Shown here in pieces: positions 24,281 to 36,999 of a stretch of DNA of 64,000 bases. The first letter of the stretch is position 1; every line of letters begins with the position of its first letter. The DNA is from Callorhinchus milii (lineage: Eukaryota): positions 7,132,001-7,196,000 of the forward strand of contig NW_024704742.1 in the NCBI RefSeq assembly GCF_018977255.1, read 5' to 3'. A program made the position numbers and the translations under genes. The notes under the pieces are model-generated. The model worked only from the letters and a program-made list of their open reading frames with translations. It did no database searches and had not been told where the DNA came from.

Positions 24281-24971
24281 ATGAAATAGCGTGGCTGCAC
24301 AAACTTCTTTATTTGTGTCAGGTTCATATATAAAGAATAACCACACGGTATGAATATTGAAGGGCAAGTTCCCATATATCCTGTGAAGTGCTTTGAGATA
24401 TGAAAGGGGTGCCATAACAAATGTAAGGATTGTCATCATAACATCACACATCACATTGTATTCCTCACCTCCACAACCCAATCAGATCACCAAATCTTAT
24501 TTCCCCATTTCTTTTAAAAACATACAATTGAAATAAAACCCAACAGAAAAGAATATGAAACACTCGGACAGAACAAAGTGGCATGTTACCTACTTCACCA
24601 CATCGGATGCGCACAAACTCATTTAGGGTACGATTTCCAAACTCAATTACTCTTTACAATTTCATCACACTATTGGGTAAAATCAATGCCACTTATTGAG
24701 TGCAGCAAAACGCGTTGTGAACTGGTTTGTTGAACTACCGAAATGTAACATTAATAAATCCAATCAGATCAGCATTCCTCAGCTAGAATCATGAGTTCAA
24801 CAGACACCAATACTCGAAACACAGCCCACATGAGTGCACACAGGAACCTGGTCATGTTAAGGGTTCTGCTGATGTGGTGAAGAGATTGTATTTTGCTGCT
24901 ATACATTGCACCACGTATAGATTGCTGCTATTAATGTGACCAAAGAAACTTATATATATATATAAATCTAC

Positions 24972-25028
24972 CTTGTCAAATATGATAAACGCATTCTGTT
25001 CTTTTTTTTCACACTGCAAAGTGCTAAA
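24972..25028 (-). other. Possible 57-nt phase-0 exon (FSTLQCEKKEQNAFIIFDK)
   Basis: TTTTTTTTTGCAG| acceptor, AAG|GTAGAT donor; frame-compatible with the 14534 exon. Confidence 0.15.
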
Positions 25029-25447
25029 CTGCAAAAAAAAATGTAGTTTTATCTGTCAGCAATTTGTGATCCTCAGGGATTGACACTGCAGAGCTTGATC
25101 TGCTCTCAGCCCCATTATTCAGCACATTAATGCAGAGCTACAAAGCAGAGCGTTAAATGACGGTGAGTGTGGGCAGACGGTGAAAGGGAGGCGGGGGAAG
25201 GGGAAGCCAATAGCTTCACAGCCTCTGTGACTAATCTCTAAATAATCAGAAACAAACCGGCCTAATTTCAGCGCTCCGTCTGCATGAAAGGCGCTATATA
25301 AAATAGCAACAAATTGTTGTTGTAATTTCAAGATGAAATAACTACAATTGATGAATGTCAGTTACTTTCCCGCAGCACCAATATGTTGAGGTTTTATGTT
25401 GAACTCACGTGGAAGCTTAGATATGATATGGGGTTAATTACTTCAAG

Positions 25448-26062
25448 TCAGTCAGCTATCAGTCTGGCTCAGTTGGCAGCAATCTCGCCCATTGGGCCTT
25501 AACACACTAAGATTCATCAATTCAGTGGAGGACTGGGGTAGGGTGTTGCATTGACGGAGGTGCTGACCTTCAAATGAAACTTACACTGAGGTTCTATTTG
25601 CCTGTTCAGGTGGAGATTAAAAATAATAATAATAATCCTTGCATTTGATATAGCACTTTTTCATCTCTTCGAGACATCTCAAAGCGCTTCACAGAATAGA
25701 CTGTAAAGTGAATCGACAGTAAATTCGTGGGCAAAACGCAGCAGCCAATTGCGCACAGCAGTGTCCCACAAACAGTCGTGGATTGAAGTGACCAATTTAT
25801 TATTTTTTTCTTGAGGGATTATTATCAGGCGTGTGAAGTAAGGAAACTTGCCCGAGGTTTCGCCCTGACCTGCTGGGAATCAAACTCAGGCCCCTTGCTT
25901 GCGAGGCGAGTGCTCTAACCACTGAGCTACAGGACACCAAAATCCCATTATACTATTCAAAAAGATAAGCGAGTCTCTCCCAGTGTCCCAAATAAAATTG
26001 TAAAAGCACTTTGAGATGTCCACCTGACATGAAAGGTATTATATCAAATGCAAGGATCATAT
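25448..26062 (+). mobile_element. Older DeuSINE split by an antisense young SINE
   Basis: ..TTCAGGTGGAGATTAAAA, insertion, AAAATCCCATTATACTATTCAAAAAG.. Confidence 0.7.
25623..25937 (-). mobile_element. Young SINE short form, full length (nested)
   Basis: Tail at 25623, head ..GAGTGCTCTAACCACTGAGCTACAGGAC. Confidence 0.9.
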
Positions 26063-27204
26063 TTTCCAATATTGGAAAGAGCATTTCAGCGATAGTCGGA
26101 GAGTAAATATATTCTTTTGTGTTGTGTGTGGGGGGAGATGGGGTCAAACTGAATAAAACTCAGTTAAAGGCGAGCTGTAGATAGATTTGAGGGAGCTGAG
26201 TCACCTCTAGCCTTAGCCACCCACTGCTTAAGATTACAGTTGGTCTCAGCATCTTACGAATAAGGAAGGGAAAAGATGGATACCTTATCACATTGGGAAG
26301 ATGTCTCAAAGCAATGTCCCCCAAACAGCCATGAAGTGAATGTGATCAATTTAGCTGGAAATTAATGGCCAGGACATTGATTTAACATTTCATCCAAAGG
26401 ACAGCAGCACCGACAATGCAGAGCTATCCCAGCACAGCACTGGTGTTTCAGTCTGGTCTATAAGCTCAAAGTCCTGACATGGGCTCCATTTGTCCATTTA
26501 GTAAACTGGAATAAAAGCACAACATTTCTAATCATTAATACATCAGTCTGCCTGGCTCAGGTTAGCTCCAGTCGACTGTCCTAATGTGGCTGTAAACAAC
26601 ATTAATTTCAATTACTGACCCCTTGTCCTAGCGCATAAGTAAAAAAATATAGGAAGCAATGCGAGTGTATATTTTAATTGTTTCTAAGGTATACTGAACT
26701 TTGCAGCAATCAGTTGGTTGCTGAATTAATGCTTGTGATAACATCAGGACATGGACTGGACTGTGTGTGCACTGATGCCTCCCTTAGCCAATAAAATTGA
26801 CTATCATTTGAATTAAAAGCTCCCTCATAATTCAAACCATGCACGTTTCTAAAAAAAAAAGGACAGGCAGCTACTTCAAGGCTTTATGTGGCCTCTCGTT
26901 CGAGATGACAGACAGACACATTAAGTATTTTTCAGTGCTCTTTAGCCCAGTTTTTGTTCTCATGTTGCGGAACACCTTCTGAAAGCAGCTCGATAAATCC
27001 ACTTCTGTCAGAAAGTTCGCTTTGTTCCTAATGGTCCTATAGCCCTGGAGAACAGCAAAAATACCGCAGTTTTCTTGTTGAAAAACGATAAAGATATGTC
27101 CTGCTGCAGTGAGCAGTGCTAACTTTCACTTTTCTTAGTATTAAATTTCAAATGTGCCCATTGTTTTCTGCATCCTGCACACGCCCGCTATTTGCAACAA
27201 GTGT

Positions 27205-27440
27205 CACCGATGTCTCTTCCTCCGCGATGTGGCATCAGTCAGCTTCCTATGCTAAAATATGGTCATCGAGCCGCCGCTATGTTGTGTCACTTCCTTCGTC
27301 GGGCTTTCCGCACATAGACTGCATACGTAGCGTGCAGGAAGTGATGTCGGCAGCGCCTCCTGTGCACAGGAATTGATGTCAGTAGCAATTTCTGCACGCA
27401 GGAAGTGATGTCGGTGGTGATCTGATTGCATGGAAGTCGA
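27205..27440. repeat. Array of CAGGAAGTGATGTC-like motifs (direct copies at 32-bp period plus inverted copies)
   Basis: Direct copies at 27335, 27367 and 27399; inverted CTTCC cores at 27216, 27243 and 27290. Confidence 0.7.
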
Positions 27441-27649
27441 CCATTTTCTAGCACTCAAGAAGCCAGCCATTTCATGCGACAAAGCTAACCTGGGTCCGCA
27501 GGGCACCTGGTTTAGAAGTAAACAAGCGTTACAAAAAGATGCATTATAAAGGGGGGCTCCTATATTATTCTGGATAGGTGTGTAAGGTGTTAAAGGATTT
27601 AAAGGAGAAAAGTACAGATAACTATCACAAGGACAGAAAATGTGGCAAT

Positions 27650-27753
27650 GATAATAATCCTGGCATCTGATATAGCGTCTTATCATGTCTTCGAGACGTC
27701 TCAAAGCGCTTCACAGAATATACTGTAAAGTGAATTGACTGTATATTTTGTGA
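27650..27753 (-). mobile_element. Young SINE 3' fragment
   Basis: Tail consensus. Confidence 0.85.
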
Positions 27754-27759
27754 GTATTT

Positions 27760-28015
27760 CATAGACAGGAATAGAACTTGCCAAGGAGAAAGCTAAAAGA
27801 GATCTACAGGAGTTACTTTACTCATCAAGAGGACATAGGTTTAGAGTTGCAAAGGGCAATGTCAGGACAGTCACCAGGAAGTGTTCCTTTATTGAAAGGT
27901 TAATTAATAACTGGACAGGTTGTAAGGAAAGATGGTTGAGGCCAGGACACCAGACTCATTTGAAAAGCAGCTTGGTGCCATGATGGAACAGAGCTAAGTG
28001 GGTGGTCTGAAGAGA
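27760..28015 (+). mobile_element. CR1 LINE ORF2 C-terminal fragment
   Basis: AGAGGACATAGGTTTAGAGTTGCAAAGGGC encodes RGHRFRVAKG; then RK.SF..R.IN.W. Confidence 0.7.
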
Positions 28016-28060
28016 TAAAATCAGATTAGCTGAAGGGCTTCCATCCAAACCAATCTTGTA

Positions 28061-28408
28061 TTAACCCTGCATGCCAAAGCCCTAATGGGTAGCCTGGTTC
28101 TAGCTACACAAGCAATGGGAAGCTTGCCAGAATATACTCTCAATCGCAAACTATGTGGTTTTAGCTGGATAGACTCCAGAAGTACCTCAACCCACAGTAT
28201 GTGGTCCCCAAACCTTGGCACTTGCTAACCTGTGCCTAACACTCTCTGGAATTAGCTGAGCAGGGTGTGTGCCTGGAGGGCGCAAGTGCACATTCCATTG
28301 CGGAGACAGGAATATTTCCATGTGTAGGTGGCAGTATATTTGGATACTGTTAAGCAATGTGATGGAGTTCTGCATGTATCAGACACTCAGCTGACCCTCC
28401 CAAAAACA
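28061..28408 (+). mobile_element. Family X copy
   Basis: TTAACCCTGCATGCCAAAGCCCTAATGGG..ATCAGACACTCAGCTGACCCTCCCAAAAA. Confidence 0.8.
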
Positions 28409-29099
28409 TTCTATTAACTCTACTTTTTCCTCAGCTGAACAGCTGAAACCCTGCTGTGTGCTTATACATAAGTCAAAACAAAGTTAAACTAAAGAAGAAT
28501 CTCTGCAGGGTTGAAAGTATTAATTTGGGGAAATGTGCAGTTACCCTTCAGGCTCTGCTGAGCGTGAATTCTAAGAGCTATTATTGCTTCACTTTCACCT
28601 GAACCTAAAAACAACGTCACTTCACAACCAGGTACAACACAAAGAAAACCCACTGTTCGAAGTCTGAGGCTCAAACAAGAGCCATTCATACCATAGATGG
28701 AATTGCTACCAGGATAGCCTTATAAAGGCAGGGGTGCAACTTGGACAGCAACTGACTTGATCCCTTGCCAAAGACACTCCACATCTTTCCCTAACAAAGT
28801 AAACTTCTTGCCCACCACATGAATCACATTTGGCTGGGCTTGATGTTCCTTTTCAAGAGAAGTTTACATTGGGGAATTTTTGTCTTTGCGTTCCAAGGCT
28901 GATGAAATGTTCCAATTAAAATAGGATTTCTAAGTCACTACCTGTGATGAACTGAATTCGCTGCTGGAATTAGAATTAAAGAATGTTTCTGCACTGCCGG
29001 AGGCCATTCAGCCCATCCTACTGACTCATTGAAAGAGTGCAAACTCACTCCTCCCAATATCTGATGGCATCCCGGTGGAAATAATAAGAATAATCCTTG

Positions 29100-29430
29100 C
29101 ATTACATCAAAAGTTACTGCTCAGCCCTCGCCTCCGCTAAATCGTCCTTCTACTCCAAGATAATCTTGAAGGTCAAGGACAACCCCAGCTCCTCTTCTCC
29201 ACCATCAATCGGGTCCTCCGACCACCCTCTCACTCCTCGTCTATCATCTCCTCCAACTCCAACTGCGAGGAGACCCTGGACTTTATCGGGCACCGAAACC
29301 CTCATCCATGCATTTGTAACATCTGGACCAACTCCCTGCTTGTCAGCTTTCCAAACTCTTCCACAAGCTACAGGTCATCCAGAACTCTGCAGCTCGTATC
29401 TTCTCCCGCACCAGGCTCCATGACCATATC
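29100..29430 (+). mobile_element. L2 ORF2 fragments (host element, 5' part)
   Basis: YCSALASAKSSFYSKIIL.. and ETLIHAFVTS..LQVIQNSAARI. Confidence 0.8.
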
Positions 29431-30262
29431 AACAACAACAAGATTTCATTTATAGAGCGCCTTTCATGTCAGGAGGATGTCCCAAGGCACTGGACAGTTG
29501 GGTCGGGACCCGAGCAGGGGGAAAATGGTCAGGGTGAGGGAGGGAAGGGAGGGAGTGAGGAGGGGGTAGAGAGTCGAGAGGGGAGCTGAAGGCACGGTCA
29601 AAGAGAAAGGTCTTGAGACCGGCCTTGAAGGAGGAAAGGGAGGAAGCGGCGAAGGTACTGGGGGATAGAGTTCCAGAGCCTAGGGGCTGAGAGGGTGAAG
29701 GCCCGGCCACCGATGGTAGGGCGGTTGGGGCGGGGGATGTGGAGCAGACCGGAGCCAGAGGAATGGAGGGGATGGAGCTTCCACAAGCTACCGGTCATCC
29801 AGAACTCTGCAGCTCGTATCTTCTCCTGCACCAGGCTCCATGACCATATCAACAACAACAAGATTTCATTTATAGAGCGCCTTTCATGTCGGGAGGACGT
29901 CCCAAGGGATGTGGAGCAGACTGGAGCCAGAGGAACGGAGGGTACGGGCAGGTAGGTAGGGGGATAGTAGGTCAGAGAGGTAAGAGGGAGCAAGGCCGTG
30001 AATGGCCTTGTAGGTGAGGATGAGGATCTTGAATTCGATCCTCTGGGGGATGGGGAGCCAGTGGAGGCGAGCGAGGGTGGGAGTGATGAGGTCCCGAAGC
30101 CTGGTGCGGGACAGTACACGAGCTGCAGAGTTCTGAATGACCTGCAGCTTGTGGAGGGAGGTGCCGGGAAGGCCGGCGAGGAGAGAGGTCCCATAGTCCA
30201 GCCTTGAGGTGATAAAGGCATGGACCAGTGTTTCAGCAGCGTGAGGGGTGAGGTAGTGAGGT
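29431..30262 (-). mobile_element. Young L2 3' end inserted antisense into the host L2, with internal duplication
   Basis: ORF AAETLVHAFITSRLDYGTSLLAGLP..LHWLPIPQRIEFKILILTYKAIHGLAPSYLSDLL; tail (TTG)n at 29431. Confidence 0.92.
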
Positions 30263-30735
30263 AGTATCACCCCCACTCTCGCCCGGCTCTATTGGCTCCC
30301 CATCCCTCAGAGGATAGAGTTCAAAATCCTTGTCCTTGCTTACAAAGCCCTCCATGGCCTTGCCTCCTCCTACCTCTGTGAGCAGCTAAAATCATATTAA
30401 TCTGTCCGTTCCCTCCGCTCAGCAGGCTCCAGCCTGCTCCACATCTCCCACCCAGCCTGCCCCACCATCAGAGGTCGGGCCTTCAGCCTCTCTGCCCCCC
30501 ACCACCCTATGGAACTCCATCCCACAGTCCCTTCGCCTTCCTCCCTCCCTTGCCTCCTTCAAGGCCCATCTCAATACCCTCCTCTTCAGCCGCACCTTCA
30601 GTCACCCTCCCACCCCTCCCCTCCCTGCCCTCCACCCCTCCTGATCCCAACCACCAGCTCAGGTGTAGATCCCTGAATGTCCAGTGCCTTGTGATGTCCT
30701 CCTGATGTGAAAAATGTAATTTGTTGTTGCTGTTA
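30263..30735 (+). mobile_element. L2 host element, 3' part
   Basis: ITPTLARLYWLPIPQRIEFKILVLAYKALHGLA..; tail AATGTAATTTGTTGTTG. Confidence 0.88.
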
Positions 30736-31114
30736 TTTAAATGCAAACTCATTTGATTCCATCTTTAAATTCAAGATTGCATAAAATCATGGGAAAAAAA
30801 AATCAAATTAAAATAGAATTTAAGAGTTTAACTCAACAGCTCCTTTCCAAACCGGAAGACAAAATTCTTTTGTGCAATATCTTGAGGAAACATGGTGGAT
30901 AACATAAACTCCACATGGATTTTCAGAGAGGTTTCGGCAAGGCTGTAACTAATGTCTAAGGAAAGACCTCACAGAATAGGAAGATGGTGGGAAAAATACA
31001 AAAACAGGTTAACCGTAGATGGGAATATTTTGGGAAGAAGAGGACGAGGATGGGACTGAAAGAATCCAACTACTTCACTGGAGGGCAAGGGTTCAGGGGA
31101 CACGGACTTATTTA

Positions 31115-31545
31115 CAACACATAGAATTAATTGAACAATACAACCGTAGAAATTTACAACACAGAAGAATGTCTTCGGCCCATTGCGTCTGCTGGCTCTT
31201 TGAAAGAGCTTTCCAATTTGTCCCATTCACCTGACTCCCTGCAGATTACTCCATTTTAGATATCTATCTAATTTCCCTTCTTGAGAGATCATATAGATTT
31301 TACTTTGCCTCAAAAACACTGCTTCCCCTCCCAACCCTCTTCAGCTCCCACCCCCAGCTCGGGTGTCCAGCCGGTGCTTTGAGACATGCTCTCCTCGCGG
31401 AAGGCACTGTATAAATGTAAATTGCAATTGCTTCAAACACCATACAAGTCAGGGCATTCCTCAACCTCACAACTGTAAACAATTCCTCCTGATCTCCCCG
31501 TTTGTTCCCTTGCTAACTATTTTAAATTGATGCCCTCTAGTCATT
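31115..31545 (-). mobile_element. CR1 3' fragment interrupted by an L2 tail (about 31320-31430, +)
   Basis: GTAGAAATTTACAACACAGAAG..CTTCGGCCCATTGCGTCTGCTGGCTC; CCAGCTCGGGTGTCC..TATAAATGTAA. Confidence 0.6.
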
Positions 31546-32049
31546 ATTTCGCAATCAAGCGTAGTTCAAAACCTCAGTGCTGTTAACAACAACGACAATA
31601 TGCATTTATATAGCCCTTCAGGTTGTGTACATGATACAGAAACAAGAATGAACCTTGAGTGGTTTAGAACCTCTGTTGTAATTATAAAATTCATTTCACT
31701 CTAGGATAGTTTTTTTAAAAAAATATGGTCAATCCCAGATTTAATGTTCCCCAGTTCAATGTTGGGTCACCTGAGATGCTGCTGCAGGTTTCATCTCTCT
31801 TGGGCGAATGAGTGGAATAATCAGCCAATGTTTCTGTTCTGGATGACCATTGAGGAACATGCTGCAAACCTACTTGATGAGAACAAGGTCTATAAATAGG
31901 TTTCGTTCACTCATTCTTTTCTGGGACTTTGCTGTGCTCAAATTGGCTGCCGTGTTTGACACAAATGCACAAGCAATTCACTTAATATTTAAAGTGCTTT
32001 AAGAAGACTCCACAACACAATGAGGTGCTATATCAAATGTAAAGTTTAT

Positions 32050-32510
32050 TATTGTTGTATAGCCATAGAAACAGGAGTAGGCCAATCATCCCCTCGAGCC
32101 TGTTCCGCCATTCTATTAGATCATGGCTGGTCTGTACCTCAAGTCCAATTACCTGCCCTTGCCCTGTATCCCTTGATACCCGGAGCTAACAAATATCTAT
32201 CCACCTCAATCTTGAAGGTGTGAATGGATCCAACATCCACAGCCTTTTGGGGTGGGGGGGAGTTCCAGATTTCCACTACCCTTTGGGTGAAATAATGCCT
32301 CCTGATTTCACTCCTAAATGGTTTAGCTCAAATTTTAAGATTATGCCCCCTTGTTCTGGATTCCTCCACCAGAGGATTAGTTTGTCTGTATCTACCCTAT
32401 CAAATCCCTTTATTATTTTAAAAATCTCAATCAGATCACCCCTCAACCTTCTAAGTTTCCAAGTTTATGCAGCAGGTCCTCATGATTTAACCCTTTTAGC
32501 CCTGATATAA
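32050..32510 (-). mobile_element. CR1 LINE 3' end
   Basis: Reverse complement encodes RLRGDLIEIFKIIKGFDRVD..TRGHNLKI; same family as 34780-35150. Confidence 0.85.
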
Positions 32511-34454
32511 TTCTGAATATAGCATATATATTATGCATATATATGTCAATGCAGCTTTCATAAATTTGGAGTCAGCTTTTCATTTTTTTTCTTACAGTGA
32601 CTACAATTGCAGATTGTGAGAGGCTTGATCTTATCCTTTCAGAATACCTTGACTTGCTATCATCCCACAGCATTGGTCAAGAAACACCTTGTACTTGTTC
32701 CTCAATTAAAGCTACCATTCCTTAATCTGTTCTCAGCACTTTTGAGACATCCTCCGGATACAAAAGGTGCATTATCAAGCAAGGATTATTAATATTAACT
32801 TCAGGTTTGGTCTGTCTTGCGATTCAGGTGGACATAAAGGGATTGCCTTCCGTTGCTATTGCAAAGAAATATGGAGTCTTTCTCTTGACTTATGTTCCAT
32901 CCCGATCCACATTTAGCCCCAAATTCAAGTTACTATAAATGACGACTCATCTCATTGCTGTTTACAGGCCATGAATGGCATAAATCAGCTGCTGCTTTGG
33001 AACATGTAACAACATTCACTTAATTTCTAATCTTGCAAAGCACTCAGAGACATCTACTTTGATGTGAAATCTAAATGAAAGTGCTTATTATCGTTAAGAG
33101 AAAACAAGTAAGGAAAAGATAAGTGTGGTGAAAACTAATTTCTGCAATTGAAGTCCCCACACCCAGGGGACAGTGCAACCTGTTCAGTGTTTGGTGATTC
33201 TGTAGCTGTGTCTAAACCAGCACTAAATGATTCACATCAGCTGCCATTATCGAACCAGGAAATAATAAAATTTGGTCCTGCGTGTTAAAACATTTTCCAG
33301 TTCAGCAGCTGAAAGCATTACCGGAATATAGATTAAAACAAAGCAGATTTGTACTCCCTCTCTTTGTTTCTCTCAGCACCTCAGACAGATGATATTACAT
33401 GTGCACAAGCTGAAGAGACCACGCAGACACTTCAGCAGTGTCCAAATGTGCTATCAATTAGATTCCAATGGTCAGTAAAATGAACAGAGATGGAATGCAA
33501 AGGTCAGGAAAGAGCACTGATGGTTATAACAAGGAGCAATAGCCTGGGGTTTCAGGGTAGAAGCAATAAAACCTGGCGCCTCTAATTAAAACCAAATTAA
33601 ATATAACACTTACGAATTACCTGCACTGAGTGACTGGTTTCAATGAGGCAAATTTGCCTTTCACAAGTTTAACATCTTGTTTGGTTCTTTTAATGACCAG
33701 TGCTTAAGGATGAGTCTGTACGAGACTAGAGGTGTGTTAAGTGCTATTTTGCTGACAAAGCCAGCACAACAAGTCAAGATTTCTAGACAGATTCCGAAAA
33801 TTCTTTGCCCCCTCATTAACTTTGTGAGTCCTGCCTCAAAACCTACATCTTCAACCATGTCGATGTTGACATCCCCAACCCCATCCTTGGTGTCTGTTCC
33901 TGTCACTGTAAAGCAGTACATCAAACTGTAATCCTACTGAACGGCATATATAAATGCAAGCTGTTGTTGTTGTGCTATATGTTGCTGCAGTAATAAAATG
34001 GGGCTGTCAGGTCAGGGAAGTTCATCATTAAAACAACTGGCAAATGGTGTTAATACCAGAACACGCCGGAAACACACAACAGGTGGATGAGAACTGAAGC
34101 AGAAAGATAAACAGTATCAACAGACTTGGAAGAGTTGGATGGGACAAACCTCTTTCTAATATCCAGAGGAAGGCAATTTAAAAACTGGTAACTGCGATCT
34201 ACCTAGTGAGGACTCAAACCTCCCTACATGAAAGGCATGATATAAATGCAATTTGTTGTTGTAATCTCTTGGGGTGTTGTGCCACTTTTATACAGTGGCT
34301 CCTATTAAATGGTTGGCAATGCTAAACTGAAGTTGCAGGCAATTAGAGTCCTTTTCCTATGCCTTCTAACTTTGCAGATTGTGCCTTTGCATTTCGGGAG
34401 AAGGGAGAGGGAGTGAGTTAGTGGACTATACCATTATGCACATGCATAGAAATG

Positions 34455-34720
34455 AACAATATCGTCATGTAGGTGCATAGGAATTGCTAGATCAAAAAAG
34501 ACCCAAGATCTATCCAGTTCGCCTTCCACCATCCTGGTTGTCGCACGCTACAATAATGGGGATGTTGATCACCATTAATTCTGTATGGATTAGTCTACAC
34601 CAGAGTGGAAAGCTTTGGAAGCCTTAGATCCAAAGTTTCCTGGTCCTTCCAAGCTGCTCTACACTTACTATATGTCACGACTCATCTTGCAGGAAGATGC
34701 GGAAAGGGTTACAGCAACGA
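34455..34720 (-). mobile_element. CR1-tailed repeat (related copies at 53278-53460 and 59310-59370)
   Basis: Shared GAATTGCTAG..AGACC..CAGTTCGCCTTCCACCATCCTGG. Confidence 0.6.
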
Positions 34721-34779
34721 ATTTTTTGTAACTCATTCCCAGGATGTGGAAGAACCTGACAGGACCAGCATTTATTTCC

Positions 34780-35150
34780 CATCCCTAATAAATGGATTTG
34801 ATAGGGTAGATACAGAGAAGCTATTTCCTCTGGTGGGGAAATCCCAAACAAGGGCATAGTCTTAAAATTAGAACCAGGCCATTTAAGAGTGAAATCAGGA
34901 AGCATATTTTCCACTCAAAGGGTGGTAGAAATCTGGAGATCTCTTCCCCAAAAAGCCGTGGATGTTGGATCCATCCACACCTTCAACAGTGAGGTTGATA
35001 GATTTTTGCTAGGTCAGGATATTAAGGGATATGGGGAAATAGTGGGAATTTGGAATTGACATGATCGGTTGAGGTACAGATCAGCCACGATCTAATTAAA
35101 TGGTGTGAAGGGCTGAATGGCGTCTTCCTGTACCTATGTTCCTATGCTCC
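34780..35150 (+). mobile_element. CR1 LINE 3' end
   Basis: INGFDRVDTEKLFPLVGKSQTR.H..RKHIFHSK..W; tail CCTGTACCTATGTTCCTATG. Confidence 0.88.
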
Positions 35151-35407
35151 TAATTGCCCATAGCAGATGGCAGTGAGCTCTCTCTTTATACTGCAGCAGC
35201 CCTGGTTGGTGGCAATTGAACTCGCAGAATGATGTTCGGGATTTTGACCCAGCAGGAAGCGAGAGTATTAATACAATGTACAGTGCCTGGGGACCTTCCA
35301 TCTCCCCGCCCTCTGAATGGCTCTGCGGCCAGACAGACACTTGTTGAAGGCTGTGTTCAGTAACAAACACTGGATGTGGAATGTGGATGTGCTGCACATC
35401 CAGACCA

Positions 35408-35710
35408 CACAACACAATGTTACATTTGTATAGCACCTTTCACGTCGGGAGGATGTCCCAAGGTGCTGGATAGTCAGGGACTAGGACCCGAGCTGGGGTT
35501 TGGGATCGGGGAGGGTGGAAGGCAGGGAGAGTAGGAGGGTGGCTGAAGGCTGGGTCGAAGAGGAGGGTTTTGGGACGTGCCTTGAAAGAGGCAAGGGAGG
35601 GAGCGAAGCAAACAGAATGTGGGATGGAGTTCCTTAGGGTGGGGGCAGAATGGCTGAAGGCCAGGCCACCGATGGTGGGGCGGGCCTGAGCCTGCTGAGC
35701 GAAGGGAGTG
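35408..35710 (-). mobile_element. L2 3' end
   Basis: TACATTTGTATAGCACCTTTCACGTCGGGAGGATGTCCCAAGG..GGCTGAAGGCCAGGCCACCGATGG. Confidence 0.85.
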
Positions 35711-36133
35711 GACAGGTTGAGATCGCAATCCTGAATAGCTACTGCAATTTCACCCAGAGTGTTGTGATGAACAGACAGCAGAAAGTATTCCTTTGTACCA
35801 GAGAATCATCAACAGCTGGAATAGATTACCAGAAGGGTAGCAGAAACTAGATACGGGTATCTTAAGAAACAGCTCAACACTGCAATGGAAAAAGGTAGGG
35901 TAGAAATTATTATTTGTTAGAGCAGAGTGGATTGGGGGCATTTAAGAGAATTAGACAAGTACATGGAGAGGAAAGGTATTAGAACAGGAAATTGGGTTTA
36001 GGATGAATGTATTCTTGAAGCAGCAAACACTAACAAACAATGGCACTCTATGTCAGATCTCTCAAAGGGCCATTTTCATCCAAACCTCTGTTGTAATCTT
36101 GTGATCCAATCTGTGCTTAGAAACAACAGACAC

Positions 36134-36505
36134 GTGTCAGTCTGAATCAGTTGGTAGATAACATTTGTCATTCATTTGCGGGACATTGCTTTGTAGCACT
36201 CTCACCTCGGAGTCAGAAAGTTGTGGGTTCAAGCACCAAGTCGGTACTTAAACTCACAGTTTAGGCTGATATTCCAGTGCATGGCTGGGGGGGGGGTGTT
36301 CTATCATTGGAGGTGCTGTACTTCGGATGAGACTTTTAAACCGAGGTCTCGGTCTGTCTGTAGGATCCCGTGGCACTACTTGAAAAGAGAAAGGAATTTC
36401 TTCCGGTGACCTGGTCAACAATCCCCAAAATATTCTCTTGATGGCTGTTTGTGGGACAGTCTCATAATGTGAAAGCTGCTATAAACAAATGCAAGGGTTA
36501 TTTTT
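36134..36505 (+). mobile_element. Older DeuSINE, rearranged
   Basis: GTAGCACTCTCACCTCGGAGTCAGAAAGTTGTGGGTTCAAG..GATCCCGTGGCACTA. Confidence 0.7.
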
Positions 36506-36999
36506 ATAAAAAGACGTTTAAAACAAGTGGGAGTACAGTTGAATTGGGGGTGAAACTGTTTTTTAAAAAAATACAATTGGCACAGGATGTTAGCACAGAT
36601 TTCAGATTCCTGGTGTATTTGGATGGGCCAACTAGTAAATGATTTACCATCTGTTAAACACAGACAATAAACACAGCAGAGCTTTAACAGAAGGGAGAAA
36701 AATGTGGCGGAGAGTGCTGCTGGTGTGATAGATGCAGCATCCTCTGCCTTTCAGTCATCTTCGCCTTCCAGATTAGATTATTTTTGTCCAGAAATTCCAT
36801 TTTTATTAAATGAAAATGCATTTGTGTCTCAGCCTCAGAAACATGTGTTGGTCCAGCCAAACCCTTTTCCTAATTCCAGAAATAGTATAGTTCTTGGCTT
36901 TGATGCGGATTACTTCTGCTGAATTGTAGGTGGTGCTAGTTTAAGCTCATTTCAATCTTTTGTGGCAATCACATGCTGAATGAAGCCTTTGATATGTCA

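Noticed and set aside
29884..30276. 130-aa ORF as a host gene
   Set aside because: It is the L2 ORF2 C-terminus of a 5'-truncated insertion.
34060..34170. Further Penelope pseudo-LTR/hammerhead copy (also about 8200-8360)
   Set aside because: Faint resemblance only; no CTGANGA-stem-GAAA core can be read.
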